Assembly (NCBI RefSeq): GCF_964213995.1
Contig: NC_135823.1
Span: 53,010,001 to 53,074,000 of the forward strand
Direction: 5' to 3'
Length of the DNA: 64,000 nucleotides
Source of the DNA: Mustelus asterias
Lineage: Eukaryota
Part shown: one piece after another, positions 24,797-38,023 of the stretch
Layout: each line of letters starts with the position of its first letter
Position numbering within the stretch: the stretch's first letter is position 1
Made by a program: the position numbers and the translations under genes
The notes under the pieces: generated by a model
The model's input: the letters and a program-made list of their open reading frames with translations, nothing else
Told to the model about the DNA's origin: nothing
Database searches by the model: none

Positions 24797-26878
24797 CTGC
24801 AAGGGAGGAAATATTAAAAATTAATGACAAATCCAGCACTTCATTTCCATTAAGTAACAAGCCATCAAACTTTTTATACCACTGTTATGGGACGAGTCTA
24901 GTGTGCATTGCGCTTACGACAAGCAAGGTGGCATCTTAATGTGCTGATATTTTTGGCAAGTCACTCATCCAAGCCCGCATATGTAGACTTTGTAGTCAAG
25001 AAATTATGTGATCGCAGACATAACAATGAGTGAACACAGGTATTGTTGTGAGCTTCAACCACTTGCTTTAGAAAAAAATGTAGTTAGTAAGCTTCTTTCG
25101 TCTGCAATCAAATTGACATAAATGTTGAAGGGATGCACAGAGATATATGTTTCTCAGATATTCAGGATAACGCCGCAAATCTCTGATTTTATCCACAGCT
25201 GGGATTCTCCAGTGCCGCTGCCGTGAATGGAGTTTTGGCTGAGCACCAAATTCTCCATTCTTGCTGGCAGCAGGACGAATGAGATTGGAGAATCTTGGCC
25301 TTAAAATAATGGTTGTGAGTAAGTGACTGTGAGTAAGAGGGATTTCTTACCCTTCAATTTGATTCTCTCCCCATTCCTATTGCAAAGGGGGGGACTGATT
25401 CAGCTGAGTGCCACTGCCACTGACAACTCATCAAAGAAGTCAATCTTCAGCTGAGTCCAATTCTGTCTCCACTCAATGTCTAAACAGGTACTTTGCAGCA
25501 GAAGCCCCTGGGACACAGAACCCACTGAGTTTCCTCTCTCCATTGCTGAAGGGCATGGAGGGAAGTTTTCACCCCTGCTAAATCCGGCCAATTCAGCACA
25601 GGCCTGCAATACCTTCCAACGGAGTTGGAAAGGGTTTGAAGGAATACTGTGAGGTGCAACTTAATACCAGAAATTTTTTTGGGGGGCGTAAAATGTGATT
25701 GGTCATCATAATAGTATGATATTAATGGTTCTGGGATACAAGTTAATTTTCTGGGAAGTAACTGGTTAAAGGGACAATATTGAATGATCCAATTGGAGGA
25801 AGGGAAACTGTAGCACTACACTGCACAGAGACAAGATTTATTTTAAAACAGGAAGATTTGCAGAGCAGCCAATTATCAGGCTCAGCAGTAAATGGTGTTT
25901 GGTAATCAGCACCTCAGCAACTGAACATTCCACTCAATCCAGTCATCATTTCCGCATACGAATCGCTCAGCAGCACTCTCAATTGTGCAGTGGATAAAGT
26001 CACTGCCCAACAGATTGCAGGATGTCACACAGACCTGAACCTCCTTGGACTTTTAAGTTTAATCAGGGTGGCAATGCATTACAATTTGCTCCAATGCTTC
26101 TGGGCTGGAGAGAGAGGAAAAAGACCACAAGTTCCCCACTCCAAACCAGACTGCTATCTGATTTGATTTATTGTTGTCACATGTATTGGTATACAGTGAA
26201 AAATATTCACTCTATGCCAATCTAGAATCTATATCACAAAGTGGAAGGCAATGGGAACCGATTGTATATTGCCTGTGGTGCTTGCCACATAGGTTGGCCT
26301 GGCACCACTTACTTTTGCATTTAGATGTTGGATTAAGATATGTACCTATTAGAGTTGGGGTTGGGGGTGGGGTTGGGACAAAGAAAGCCTATTCACCGAG
26401 GCAAAACCTTTGGTCTGATCTAATCATCAGCACAAAACATGTGTATGAACAGTCAATAATGTAATACTGTAAACATCCATTGCAACAGTTATCTCAGATA
26501 AAATCAATTCACACAGGCCAAGCCATTGAGATTTAAACAAGAAATCAAGCAGTCAACAATCAGCAATAGTGCAGGAAAAGCGAGCCAGGCTAGGACTGTG
26601 TAGTTGCATGCCCTTCAAATCAGTGAAGGATAAAATAAGCAGTAAAGGTGTGAAACATCCAGCAGTGATCAGCTTCAGGAAGACAAACTCCCCAAAGGTA
26701 GAATCAGTCAAGCCCATCAAAAAATAATTTCTACCCAATCTCAGGGTGAGGTGCTAAGATCTGGAATGTGATTGTGTTAAATTATAGCGTCTTGATTATT
26801 CATTTTCTCTTATGATGTATGCTGGCTGATATCAGTTAGCCAGCACAGCGAGTCCTACCTGAATGCATCCCAGAGCTT

Positions 26879-26988
26879 TTATGTTGGAAACAGATCCTTG
26901 TCAGGTGCCAGTATTAACTTTTTATGCTTCCGTTTTTTAATTTTTTCACTATTTCTTCCTTTAAAGCGCTTTGGGCTGATGAAAGGCC
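26879..26988 (-). CDS. PDGFA: PDGFA alternative exon 6, basic retention motif (GPFISPKRFKGRNSEKIKKRKHKKLILAPDKDLFPT*); exon continues to donor at 26859
   Basis: Acceptor ttttcttag, in frame with exon 5, Lys/Arg-rich, TAA at 26881-26879, donor CAG|GTAGGA. Confidence 0.88.
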
Positions 26989-27169
26989 CTAAGAAAATGC
27001 ACTTGTGTTGGAATTTATACAAATATCAACAATTACTGGAGCTGTTTCTAGCCAAAAACGGATTGCAATCTTGCTGAATCAGCAGCTCTATCGTACCTCA
27101 CTGATCACTAATGTGCAGGGTTACCATCTTTTTGTTAAGTCTGACAGAAACAATAAAAGAAACATACTT

Positions 27170-27580
27170 AGAAGATAGAAGCAGGAGTAGGCCTTTCAAG
27201 CCTGCTCTGCCATTGATTATGATCGTGGCTGATCATCAAATTCAATACCCTGATCCCGCCTTCCCCCCACATCCCTTGATCCCTTTAGCCTCAAGAGCTA
27301 TCTCTAATCCCTTCTTGAAATCACACAATATTTTGGCCTCAACTACTTTCTGTGGAAGTGAATTCCACAGATTCACCGTGAATTCCAAATTCTGGATGAA
27401 GAAATTTCTCTTCACCCCTTACCCTCAAGTTATGACTCCGAGTTCTGGATTCCTCCACCATCGGGAACATTCTTTCTGTTCTACCCTGTCTAATCCTGTT
27501 AGAATTTTATACGTTTCTATGGGATCCCCTCTCACTCTTCTAAAGTCCAATGAACATAATCCTAATCGATTTAGTCTCTT
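27170..27580 (-). mobile_element. CR1 LINE 3' fragment (intron 5)
   Basis: Similarity to the other CR1 3' ends in the window. Confidence 0.75.
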
Positions 27581-27689
27581 CATTTTTCAGTCTCAAACTG
27601 ATGAAGGGGTGGGCAAAAGGTTCAAGTCTTTTTGAAATGATCCTTCCCTCCAAAAGAATTTCAGAACATGGGGAATATACAGTAACTTG

Positions 27690-28323
27690 GGGCAGGATTT
27701 TAAGGATGGCAAGCAATCAGCGCTCGCCATCCCGAGATTCAGCGCATAACTTGCAACCGCCAACTCTCAAACTCCCAATGCCATTTAACACTCATTTGAG
27801 CATTGATTGGCAGTGGACGGGACTTCCTTCAGCCCTCGGAAGAAACTCTCATCTGTGAGAGCTGTCAGCCAATGAGTTTTGCTGACAGCTTATCAACCCG
27901 GCCAGGCACAGGACCACAGTGGAGCGGTACTGCAACACTCTGCCTGAAACTAAGTCCCGGGACCATTGCAACGGTATGTCCTGGAATGGAAGGGCAAGGG
28001 ATGCCCTGGGGGGGGGGGGGGGGTTGGGAGGGGGTAGAGTTCCAACATCCTGGAGGAGGAGGGCATCCCTGCTCAAAAGAAAGGCAAACCCCACGCCCCC
28101 ACGATGGAAAAAGGTTTTACTGCCACTTTCTCACCTTACCCACACCCACTTCCGCCAGCCTAAAAATTGAGGCAGGGCCACTTAAGGGCCTTAATAGGTG
28201 AATAATTATTCCTGCCCAAGCGTGAAATTGCATCTGGGTTTGGATTCCATCCAGTCAATTTTACGCTCCTCCCCACCCGCTCTGCCTCAGAACCCACCTT
28301 GAGGGGAGTGGAAAATTCTGCCC
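27690..28323. mobile_element. non-autonomous DNA transposon, GGGCAG(G/A)ATTTT TIRs, 3-bp TSD (TTG)
   Basis: TTG at 27687-27689 and 28324-28326; related elements ~12252-12920, ~44267-44450 and ~60310-61117. Confidence 0.65.
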
Positions 28324-29057
28324 TTGGAGTTCCTTAATTCAAATTTTAAAAGTTCAATTTTTAAACAATTTTATCACTTTCCTATCTTATATACTGTTCA
28401 AATAAATTGATTGGATAATTCAGCTCATGAAGTCAGGAACTCTTTGAATCATCAGTAGTATTTAACCCATAAACTAAGCTAGTTAAAAAGCAGGCATAGA
28501 CCAAAAAAACTTCAGAGTTGGGAGAATGTGGAATACACTGATCCAGAAAGTGGCATCACAAGGGAATATGAGCATTAAAATAAATGGAGGGGAGCCAGGA
28601 AACTGGGATTAAAGAGTTGGAGACGTGGGTAACCAAAGGTCTCGAATGGTTGAAGGGCCCATCACTCCTGTTCCTGCATCAGCTTTTATGGGTAGTAAAC
28701 TTAATGTTTCACACAATGACATGTTCATATAAAAAATATTTCAACAAAGACATTAACTCCATTTACTTTAGCCTTCATTAAAACAGTGGACAGAGGACTT
28801 GCAAACAAACATAGTGATACCCACAAGGCACAATTTCAATGCCAAGACTTTACTCTCAAATTTTTCACTAAGGTTATCAAAAGGGAAAATGTATGTATCA
28901 ACACTTTAAAAATCAAGACATCTGGTTTACAATTTAGAAATTGCAAGGCAGCCCTTCAAAAATAAGTAGTGTGTAGGCATAGATATATATGTACCCTGTG
29001 TCTGCTGAAGAACTGAAAATTATATTTTAATATTATCGGGTGTATTTTAAACACAAA

Positions 29058-29181
29058 GCGTGGGATTTTCCAGCCATGCTCACTCCAAGGCCGGACATTC
29101 CAGCCTGAGGTCAACGGACCTTTGCATGCTCCGGCCTGCCAGCTACGATTCCCGTGACAGGCGGGACAGGAAAATTCCGCT
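29058..29181. mobile_element. MITE, same family as 11-137
   Basis: Shared gggattttc...gaggtcaa...ttcccgtg...aaaattccgc sequence. Confidence 0.6.
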
Positions 29182-29199
29182 GAAAATGTTTAATAATAC

Positions 29200-29489
29200 T
29201 TTAGTATTTTATGCAGACATCTATATATATATATATATAAAACATGAACATATCAAAGGGGTAATTTAATTTTAGTGGTAAAAAAAATAATCAGTGAGCA
29301 GCACATGCTCAGATTTCCGACTTGTGTTGCCGACAACTTGGCAGCGCAGCTTTGTAAAATTCCCAAAATATATAAATAACACCTAAAAATATGTATAGCT
29401 GCAGAATTCAGTTTAAAGCAGTTAAAAGGCATTCTGATGTTTCTTTTGGGATTAGCCCTCTGTGGTCATTGTTCTATCTTTGTGCCCTA
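29200..29489 (+). repeat. local duplication copy 1 (intron 5)
   Basis: Direct diverged repeat of 31716-31994. Confidence 0.9.
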
Positions 29490-29626
29490 TTATAAAATAA
29501 TAGATATAATGATATATTTTAATAACTTCTATTTATAGCACCTTTAATGTAATAAAGCATTTCAAAGCACTTTCACAATAACCCTAAACTCCAATAAACT
29601 GAAACACTTTAGACATAGTCAAGTAC

Positions 29627-29750
29627 CTTCATGTTCTCTGTACTCGGAATTAGACTGTAGTAATGTGCACATGCACTCCAGGTGCTCCTCTAACCTCACT
29701 ATAACCTCCTTTAATCTGGGCTTGCGCCTTATATACTCCACTTTTGCCAC
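29627..29750 (-). CDS. PDGFA: PDGFA exon 5 ([41 protein letters not shown])
   Basis: 124 nt, acceptor ttgcag, donor gtactt; LEEHLECxC motif. Confidence 0.97.
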
Positions 29751-30569
29751 CTGCAAGTCAACAGAAAATAGGTTAGCAGTCTTAATCTGGAACTATTACT
29801 CCACAGAATGACAAAAAAAATGAATTCAGGTCATTGGGAATTAAGACAGGTTTAAATCATTCATTGTTAATGAGTTCAATATTTCCAAAGTAACAATTTA
29901 ATCTAAATTGATACTGTATTTAATGCACCATACACTTAGAAACAAAACTGTGCAGAGTTTCCATGGATATCCAGGGGGGAAACAAATATGTCAGATTAAG
30001 GGTTATTGAGATGAAATGAAGCAAAAGAACCTTGTCACCAGTCAGAAGAGGCCATTTCAATCCAATCTGGAGAGCAACTCCTTTTGGTAGTACACTATAT
30101 TTTTTGCACTGTTTGAATGTAGTGGGGAACCTCTTCTATTTAACAGCTGTGTTGAAATGCTACCTAAAGCAACTTTACGCAACCACACTACCCAGTGTAT
30201 AACAGGAGAAATTTAAACCCCACAGTCGGGTATACAAGCTCACTTTGGGTCATATAAGTTGGAAATGTAAAAAAAACAGCAGCATCCATGAAGCAAAGTA
30301 ACACAAGACATCTGATGTAAATTTTTGAATATTCAATCGGACCTCCTCTTTGAGCCAACGCTCAATTCCAACAGAGTTTAAAACAAACATGTTTCAGTGA
30401 TGCTGTAGGTTGTAAAATATGACCCATTTGAATCCTTATGCTGCTAACAGTCAGTAAATATGACTCATATATATTAGAACTAATGAAAAGGTATATATTT
30501 CAGTAGACCTGCACTGATATTTCTAGCTCTATGAATAACAACTGTTCCCTCTTACAAATTAACTGCAGA

Positions 30570-31067
30570 TAACATAAGAAATAGGAGCAGGAGTAGGCCA
30601 TCTAGCCCCTCGAGCCTGCCCCGCCATTCAATAAGATCATGGCTGATCTGAAGTGGATCAGTTCCACTTACCCGCCTGATCCCCATAACCCCTAATTCCC
30701 TTACCGATCAGGAATCCATCCATCCGTGATTTAAACATATTCAACGAGGTAGCCTCCACCACTTCAGTGGGCAGAGAATTCCAGAGATTCACCACCCTCT
30801 GAGAGAAGAAGTTCCTCCTCAACTCTGTCCTAAACTGACCCCCCTTTATTTTGAGGCTGTGCCCTCTAGTTCTAGCTTCCTTTCTAAGTGGAAAGAATCT
30901 CTCCACCTCTACCCTATCCAGCCCCTTCATTATCTTATAGGTCTCTATAAGATCCCCCCCTCAGCCTTCTAAATTCCAACGAGTACAAACCCAATCTGCT
31001 CAGTCTCTCCTCATAATCGACACCCCTCATCTCTGGTATCAACCTGGTGAACCTTCTCTGCACTCCC
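30570..31067 (-). mobile_element. CR1/HER1 3' fragment, same subfamily as the 51.7-53.1 kb copy
   Basis: Closely matching sequence; ORF MKGLDRVE...RRNFFSQRVVNLWNSLP. Confidence 0.9.
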
Positions 31068-31715
31068 AAATACATAGTTGAGGCACAGAGCAAATTCTAG
31101 TGTACAAATCATTGCTTTGATATTCTGGTTTTAGGACATCCGCACTGCACACGTCGCCCAGTTCCCTTTTCACCAGCACCTTTGGGCATTTAGCTATATT
31201 AAAGGAGTTAAATAAATGCAAGTTGTTGCCATTGTGGTGATTCTGATAATGAATTAACAGGCATAATTTAACCGTGTACTGCTGAGAGATTTGAATTCAA
31301 TTAAATCTAGCAATTCATAAGAAGCAGGAAAGTTACCCTTGAAAGCTGCTGGATTGTCATAAAAACCCAAATGGCCCTTCGCTGCCCTTTGCAGAATGGC
31401 AACAATAACCCCCATTCACTAAATGTTACTCTTACACTATGTAGTGGACTTGTAATGGTCAGTCACTGAGTTATACAAACAATCACTAAGGGATGGGCAA
31501 TATCCAGGATTGCACATCACTAGAGAAAACTTTTAAATTATTTTTCTCCACTCAGTATACAGCGTCCCACAAAACACTTCTAGGAAACTGAAACTCTTCC
31601 CCATGCTTCCCCGTACAACTTAATTTCATCATTACAGGTTTCCTGTTCAATGGTAATATCTTCAACTCTTTAAACAAATCTATTCCAGACATATTTTGGA
31701 AAATTATTGACTGGC

Positions 31716-31994
31716 CTTTAGCTTTAATGCAGCCATCTATATATATAAAAAATGAATATATTAAAGGGATAATTTAATTTAAGTGGTGAGAAAGTCAGTG
31801 AGCAGCACATGCTCAGATTTCCGAATTGTGTTGCCGCCAACTTGGCAGTGCAGCTTTGTAAAATTACTCAAAAAATATATAAATAAAGCCTAAAAATATA
31901 TAGAGTTGCAGAATTCAGTTTAAAGCAGTCAAAAGGCATTCTGATTTTTTGGGGGATTAGCCCTCTGTGGTCATTGTTCTATCTTTGTGCCCTA
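31716..31994 (+). repeat. local duplication copy 2 (intron 4)
   Basis: Direct diverged repeat of 29200-29489. Confidence 0.9.
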
Positions 31995-34654
31995 CAGGAT
32001 TACTGCTGGATCTTTCAGCAAGGAACAGGGACAAGCTCCGTTTATCATCAACAGGAGCACACCCACACGCACTGAAATATTTAAACTACTCCCCCAGGAA
32101 TGTCCTGCTGGAGAGTCGCCTGTCTGGGGCACAAAAAAAGGTGACAACGGTAATGTTCTTAGCATAATAAAATTGTGGTTAAAATCGATTCAGTCAGTGT
32201 GAAAAGAAAAACTTCAAAGACAAATCACTGCCATTGTGAAAGAGGAACAAAGAACAACTACAGTAGTCAGCTGCCAGCAGTACAGCATTCCTCTTTGGCA
32301 TCAAAAGCACCAGAAAGGACAAGAGCATGAATAGAACAAAGAAATAAAAAACTAGCAAGGTGAATTTAGACCTCTCCCTAGATGGGTGCTATGCCACATT
32401 TATATTAATTCTCCTTCCAACATGTGCTGCTCCCTCCCACTCCTGCTTATATTTAATTCAATGCTGCATTTATGAATGTGCAGTTGCTTCCAAGTTCAAA
32501 ATTAAACATCTGATACAACTAAGTCTCAAGTGGAATCTGTGCTGGTTTCAGCCACTGAAGTTGTGAGCTGGTGTCTACTGACGCTTTGAACCAGCAAATC
32601 AACTGGTATGTAGCCCAACTAATCTGAAGTAGCAGAAACAAAGGGAGAAGAAATAAGACTCACCCTCCCTTTGGATGTAATGTTTACAAAATAAAAGTAC
32701 CATATCTGTCCTTCCAACCAAATCCTGGTATTTTTCCAGTGTTATTTACAACTGCCCTGTGATGTTTGAACAAGTTTCCCATGACAAATCTCGACCCATA
32801 ACCATATTAAAAAATATGAGGAATGAATTAATCCTGCCATTTTCCAAAAGCCACATTCCAATTATCTTAGTTGCATTTGCTGTGGATTTGGCACAGTTGC
32901 CAAGTGGCTCAGGACTGGTCATTAACTCAGTGTCAGTAACTGGAGATCAGGTTTACTGAAAGAATGCATGGCGGGAGATTTTTTACAAATGTTGAACGCA
33001 CATCTTGAAATAAAGGACAAACAAAAGTGTTCTTCTGCACTGATGCACTACTTCCTCTGTGATGTCAAGCACAACACGGTCTTCTCATGAACTCATTCAT
33101 CCTCTATGATTTGCTTTTAGAGCCATTTATGACGAGAATTGCTTTAATAACTTGATCAGAGATACCTTCCTGTGTTCTGAAAAAGACATTGAGTGTTGTG
33201 GCTAGAAATACTGCAACAATTGATGCAAATATTTTATTAGCCAGAAAACATTCCAAGAGACACAATTAAGATTGAGTCATCCATTGTTTTCATCGTATTA
33301 AATTCCTCTGTCTGATATACTAACATAGAAGTAACCCATTTCAGGTGAAAATGCTGGCGGAAGAATATCATTTGTACATACAAATGTATTTGTTACTAAT
33401 ATCATTCAGTGTGGTTGCAATGTGTTTATTACACGTAATATTAAGTAGTGCTCTGCTGCTGTCATTGAGCCTCACTAGCTTTACCCATGGGTTGGAGAAT
33501 CAAGAGCTGTAACATTTCAGGCATACTTCCAGCCCAAGTTCACATCTAGTAAAGCTTTGTGCTTACAAGATCCTTAATACATAATGCAGAAGGGTCTTCA
33601 TTTTGGTGCATGCATTTTTACATGGATATTTACTTAAGATAACACATTTCCATCACACTTTGTTGATAACAATGCTAAAAACAAGCATTTCCTGTGGCTC
33701 ACAGTGAGGATGATATGGGAACACACACACACATCTACAGCCACCATCAGACCCCCACTCTTAAGTGGTACACAAACTATTAAACAGATGAATCCTAGAA
33801 GCTTAGAAATTGGACTAGGAGTGTGGTTGTGTAAATCAAAAGATTTGCATCTGTTGCTGTAATCTTCAATTCAAAAAAATAACCAGAAGGTATTCAGCAC
33901 TTTGTATCCTCTATAGCACATCCACCTTTTCTGAAATAGCCTTGAGCAGTAGAGCAGTCTTTAAGCTGTTAATGGTTTAGGCAATTGTTTGTGGTTTAAC
34001 TCCGAGGTCTTTTAGGTTTTAGCTGTTGCATTAGATTTGTTTTTTACTGAATTCCTCCCTTTCTTTTGCCTCTCAGCTCTTAAACCTGCTATTGCTGGAG
34101 TTGGCCAAATGGAAGCACAAACTTGTCCACCAGTATCTCAATACTACTATTGCTATCTGTGTGCGTTTAAGGTTTGGTATGTGCATGTGCACTGATAAAT
34201 GTGTGGGCTTGGCAAATCTCAATTTTAATTATTCTGGAATTTGGCTTCAGGTTTCTTTTCAATCTACAAAGTTTTAGTATCAAACTAAGGCTAAACTGAG
34301 AATTAGTCAAGCTGTTCATAATAATGAAAGGTACAAAAATACTCAAGTTTTCTGGGAGAGGAATTTAGCCAGCAGAACAAGGTACAATTGCATTATTTAT
34401 AAACTATGTTCTTGCTCCTCTAAATGTTCATCACTTGTTGCTTCTAAGTTATAAATACACTACTCTAATATACTCTCACTATTAGATGTATTTTATACAT
34501 TAACTTACATTTCCCCTAAACCTTTGAACTGCCAAAATACTAATTTTCATCAGTCTTTCCTCCCTCCACCAATCTTCAGACATTCAAAAACCAATCTTGG
34601 TGTTACCTAACCACAACATCTCAATTTATCTGGTTGTCCCTTTCAGTACTTGGT

Positions 34655-34965
34655 GGGCGGCATGGTGGCACGATAGTTAGGACTGCTGCTTCACAGCATC
34701 AGGGACCCAGCTTTGATTCCCAGCTTGGGTCACTGTCTGTGCGGAGTCTGTACGTTCTCCCTATGCCTGAATCGGTTTCCTCCGGGTGCCCCAGTTTCCT
34801 TCCACAGTCCGAAAGATGTGCTGGTTAGGTGCATTGGCCATGCTGAATTCTCCCTCAGTGTACCCGAACAGGCACCGGCGTGTGGTGGCCAGGAAATTTT
34901 TCACAGTAACTTCACTGCAGTGTTAATGTAAGCCTACTTGTGACACCAATAAATAAAACTTCAAA
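34655..34965 (+). mobile_element. V-SINE type b (intron 4)
   Basis: Family match. Confidence 0.85.
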
Positions 34966-37807
34966 CCTTAAAAACAAAACATTCTGGTGTTCTGTGCCAT
35001 TCTGTGCTATGGCTCTTAGATTTCAGCCTGTCAAAATGAGCGTCAATTATCTAACTAAATTGACCCTGTGGTTTTCGGGAGTACAAATGGACTTGCAGGA
35101 AATCTTGTCTGGGGGCGAATTTGGCACAGATCCCTCCCATAGGCTCCTGCTTTAACAAGGGATGCTTAACTCTGCATTTACATTCCTACACATAAGAGAC
35201 TGAGATCCAATTGACAATACCATCTGGTAGAGCTCCACAGCATTGGATAACGTTTTACTTCTTGTTATTTCTGTATAGATTGATAATTGATCACAATGGC
35301 AAAAACTCTCACTTCCTCTTTTTTACAAAGTATTATTTTTTAAATGATATGGGATCATGTTGGCACAGGTTTCTCAGGTGAAACCCTGAGTACAAGAATC
35401 CTCTTAAGTCAAGAGATGTCTATGACTTAGGCTGAAACTGAAGACAGAGATGCTTGTACTCCCTTTAGGCAAAGGAGCTTTGGGGAAGAAGATTTATATA
35501 CAACTTCAGACAGTTCATTTTACAAGTCAAAGCATAGCAAAACAATAAAATTCTTGAAATGTGTCCCTTGAAACACCTGCTGCTGCAATGGAGACTGTAA
35601 TTAACAACTGGAGTCAAATCATTGGTCCAATTTTTTACAGTCAATGAATAGGCATAGCTTTGAGGTCTTTATCTAGAAAGGTTCTAATCATGTAGACACT
35701 GTATATGATTAGACCCTTGTAGCAAGAGGCTGAAGAATCTAATCATATACATACATATGTAACTGGCAAAAAAGCAAAATAAAACCCTCATTGTAACATA
35801 ACAAATTCTTAACTGCAAATCTTCCCAAGCATGTCATGGGGAGAATCCCACAAACCTGCCAAGATAGTTACTCTATGTTCTGGATGCAGTTTCTCAAACA
35901 ATGTGCATACTAGTGAGCAATGTTACATTATCACAAATCCACAAAATCAGTTCTCTGTGCCATTCTGTGCTATGGCATCACCACCCCCTCCCCCTACCTT
36001 CCTCTTACTAAAAAAAGGGTAACTAAAAAAAGGCCAAATTTTGCCAGATATTCTGTTTCTTTCCTTTGCCCTTCAAAAAAATAAAAACGCAATAATAGGT
36101 TTTGTCAAGATTGTGCAACTTTGCCTCTCCAATGTCTTGCCTACTCTTCAGAAGATATCAACTAATAATGAGTTCCACTAGTGTCAACTTCTTTTCTGTG
36201 CCTCACCTGAGTGGTCATTCTTCACTTTTTGAGCTGAACCAACAAACACCAACAGCATTGCAGCAGAGTCTCAAAATATCCTAACCTGAAACTACAAATC
36301 AGTACTTTCGCAAGAGGTCTGGTGCAGAGATCTTTGCTCAGTTATTCCCCTCATTAGCCCAAAGCTGCTAATGCCAATATAACATCCCTACTGGAATGCC
36401 ACCTATGAACAATTAACCCACCAGAGACCAGGGGGCCTTCTTAGTTTACAGGGAGCAAAGCAATAACCCACTAAAACATTTGCATACTTCTTCAAAGAAT
36501 CTTAACTTGTACTTAACTAAATATATTTGTGCTTTCTTACTTAGCACACTATAGAAATATATAAATAGTATAGAGCTAAAGCTACTTTGATAGCCAGATA
36601 AAACTAGCCTGAAATAGTCTTGAAATTATTCTTAACATATGATTGACAAGGAATGTCATGTTTCCTTTTCAGAACATAGCTAAGCAACATGTGTTGCCCG
36701 AGATTGTTTAGTTTATACAAATGACCAAATGAAAAATACTTGTTATTTTCTTCAATGTCTGAAAGCTACTGCCCATATCAAATTCACAGCTTGACAAAAA
36801 AAAGTCTGTTAGCATCAAAATGTACTTGTCACTGCTGTTTGAAATTCTCTGGCATCTTATCTGAATTATTCTAATCCGGCCTAAGTCACTAGCTCTAAGT
36901 CGATAAATTGAGTCTTTTATTAATTCCAATACAGAAAAGGACACTTTTATCCTGTTGCAAGTAATCAACTGTTACAATATGGTCACTGAAGGAGAACTAA
37001 GCTTACATTCCAAGAATTGCCCACATATGCATCTGTTCATGAGTCATGTGCCATGGAAACTACCTCCTCTTTGCGCTAACAGAGTAATCAGCCAGTTTTG
37101 ACAAACACCAGCATTCACTGAAAGATACGTTTTCAAAAAACAAAATGCTCCTATTCAAATCAGAACACAATTAATTACATCAAAGGCCATATGGTAATGT
37201 ATCATTCAAAAAAACAAATAAATACACTCCCCATCCTGTCATTTCCATTAGAACAGTGGGGTCTATTTGAAACACCCACAATGGGCTTTGTGTTCTCCGG
37301 CTGATCTTTAGCATTTTTGATACTTCACATTAAGAAGAATAAAGCAGTCCACATTAATATAACAGCTTTGCAATCCATTAATTTTGGCTAAAACATCACA
37401 AAATCTTAAAACTGTTTTCTCTTGTGTTGGTATAATTTTGTCAAGTTAACTCTATATAAAATATACAAAGTTACTGATCAAATTGAAGGTTTTTCCACCC
37501 ACCCTCAAAACAGCTAACTACTGTAGGATATAAATGAGCTATTTTCCATTTATTTCACTTTGTGCCAAAAACAGACAGACCATATCTTTGTTTATTTTTT
37601 TTCAAAAATGTATTCTCCAGACCCTAAAAGGACCAATTAAAATCACTTTAAGGCTTATTAAACGATGCACAAGATGAAGTCAAGTTATTTTTCACACACC
37701 CTGTGCCAACATGGAGTGCCTCCAAATTCCCCCGCACCCCCTCCCCCCACAACAAGAAGAGGATGAGATTATGGATGAGTGGAATTCAATTGCAGCCCAG
37801 TCTGTTA

Positions 37808-38023
<216 letters not shown>

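Noticed and set aside
31975-32160. Plus-strand acceptor-like site (ttctatctttgtgccctacag) with short ORFs: possible antisense exon
   Set aside because: No recognisable protein, no partner exons, and the duplicate copy at 29489 lacks the CAG.
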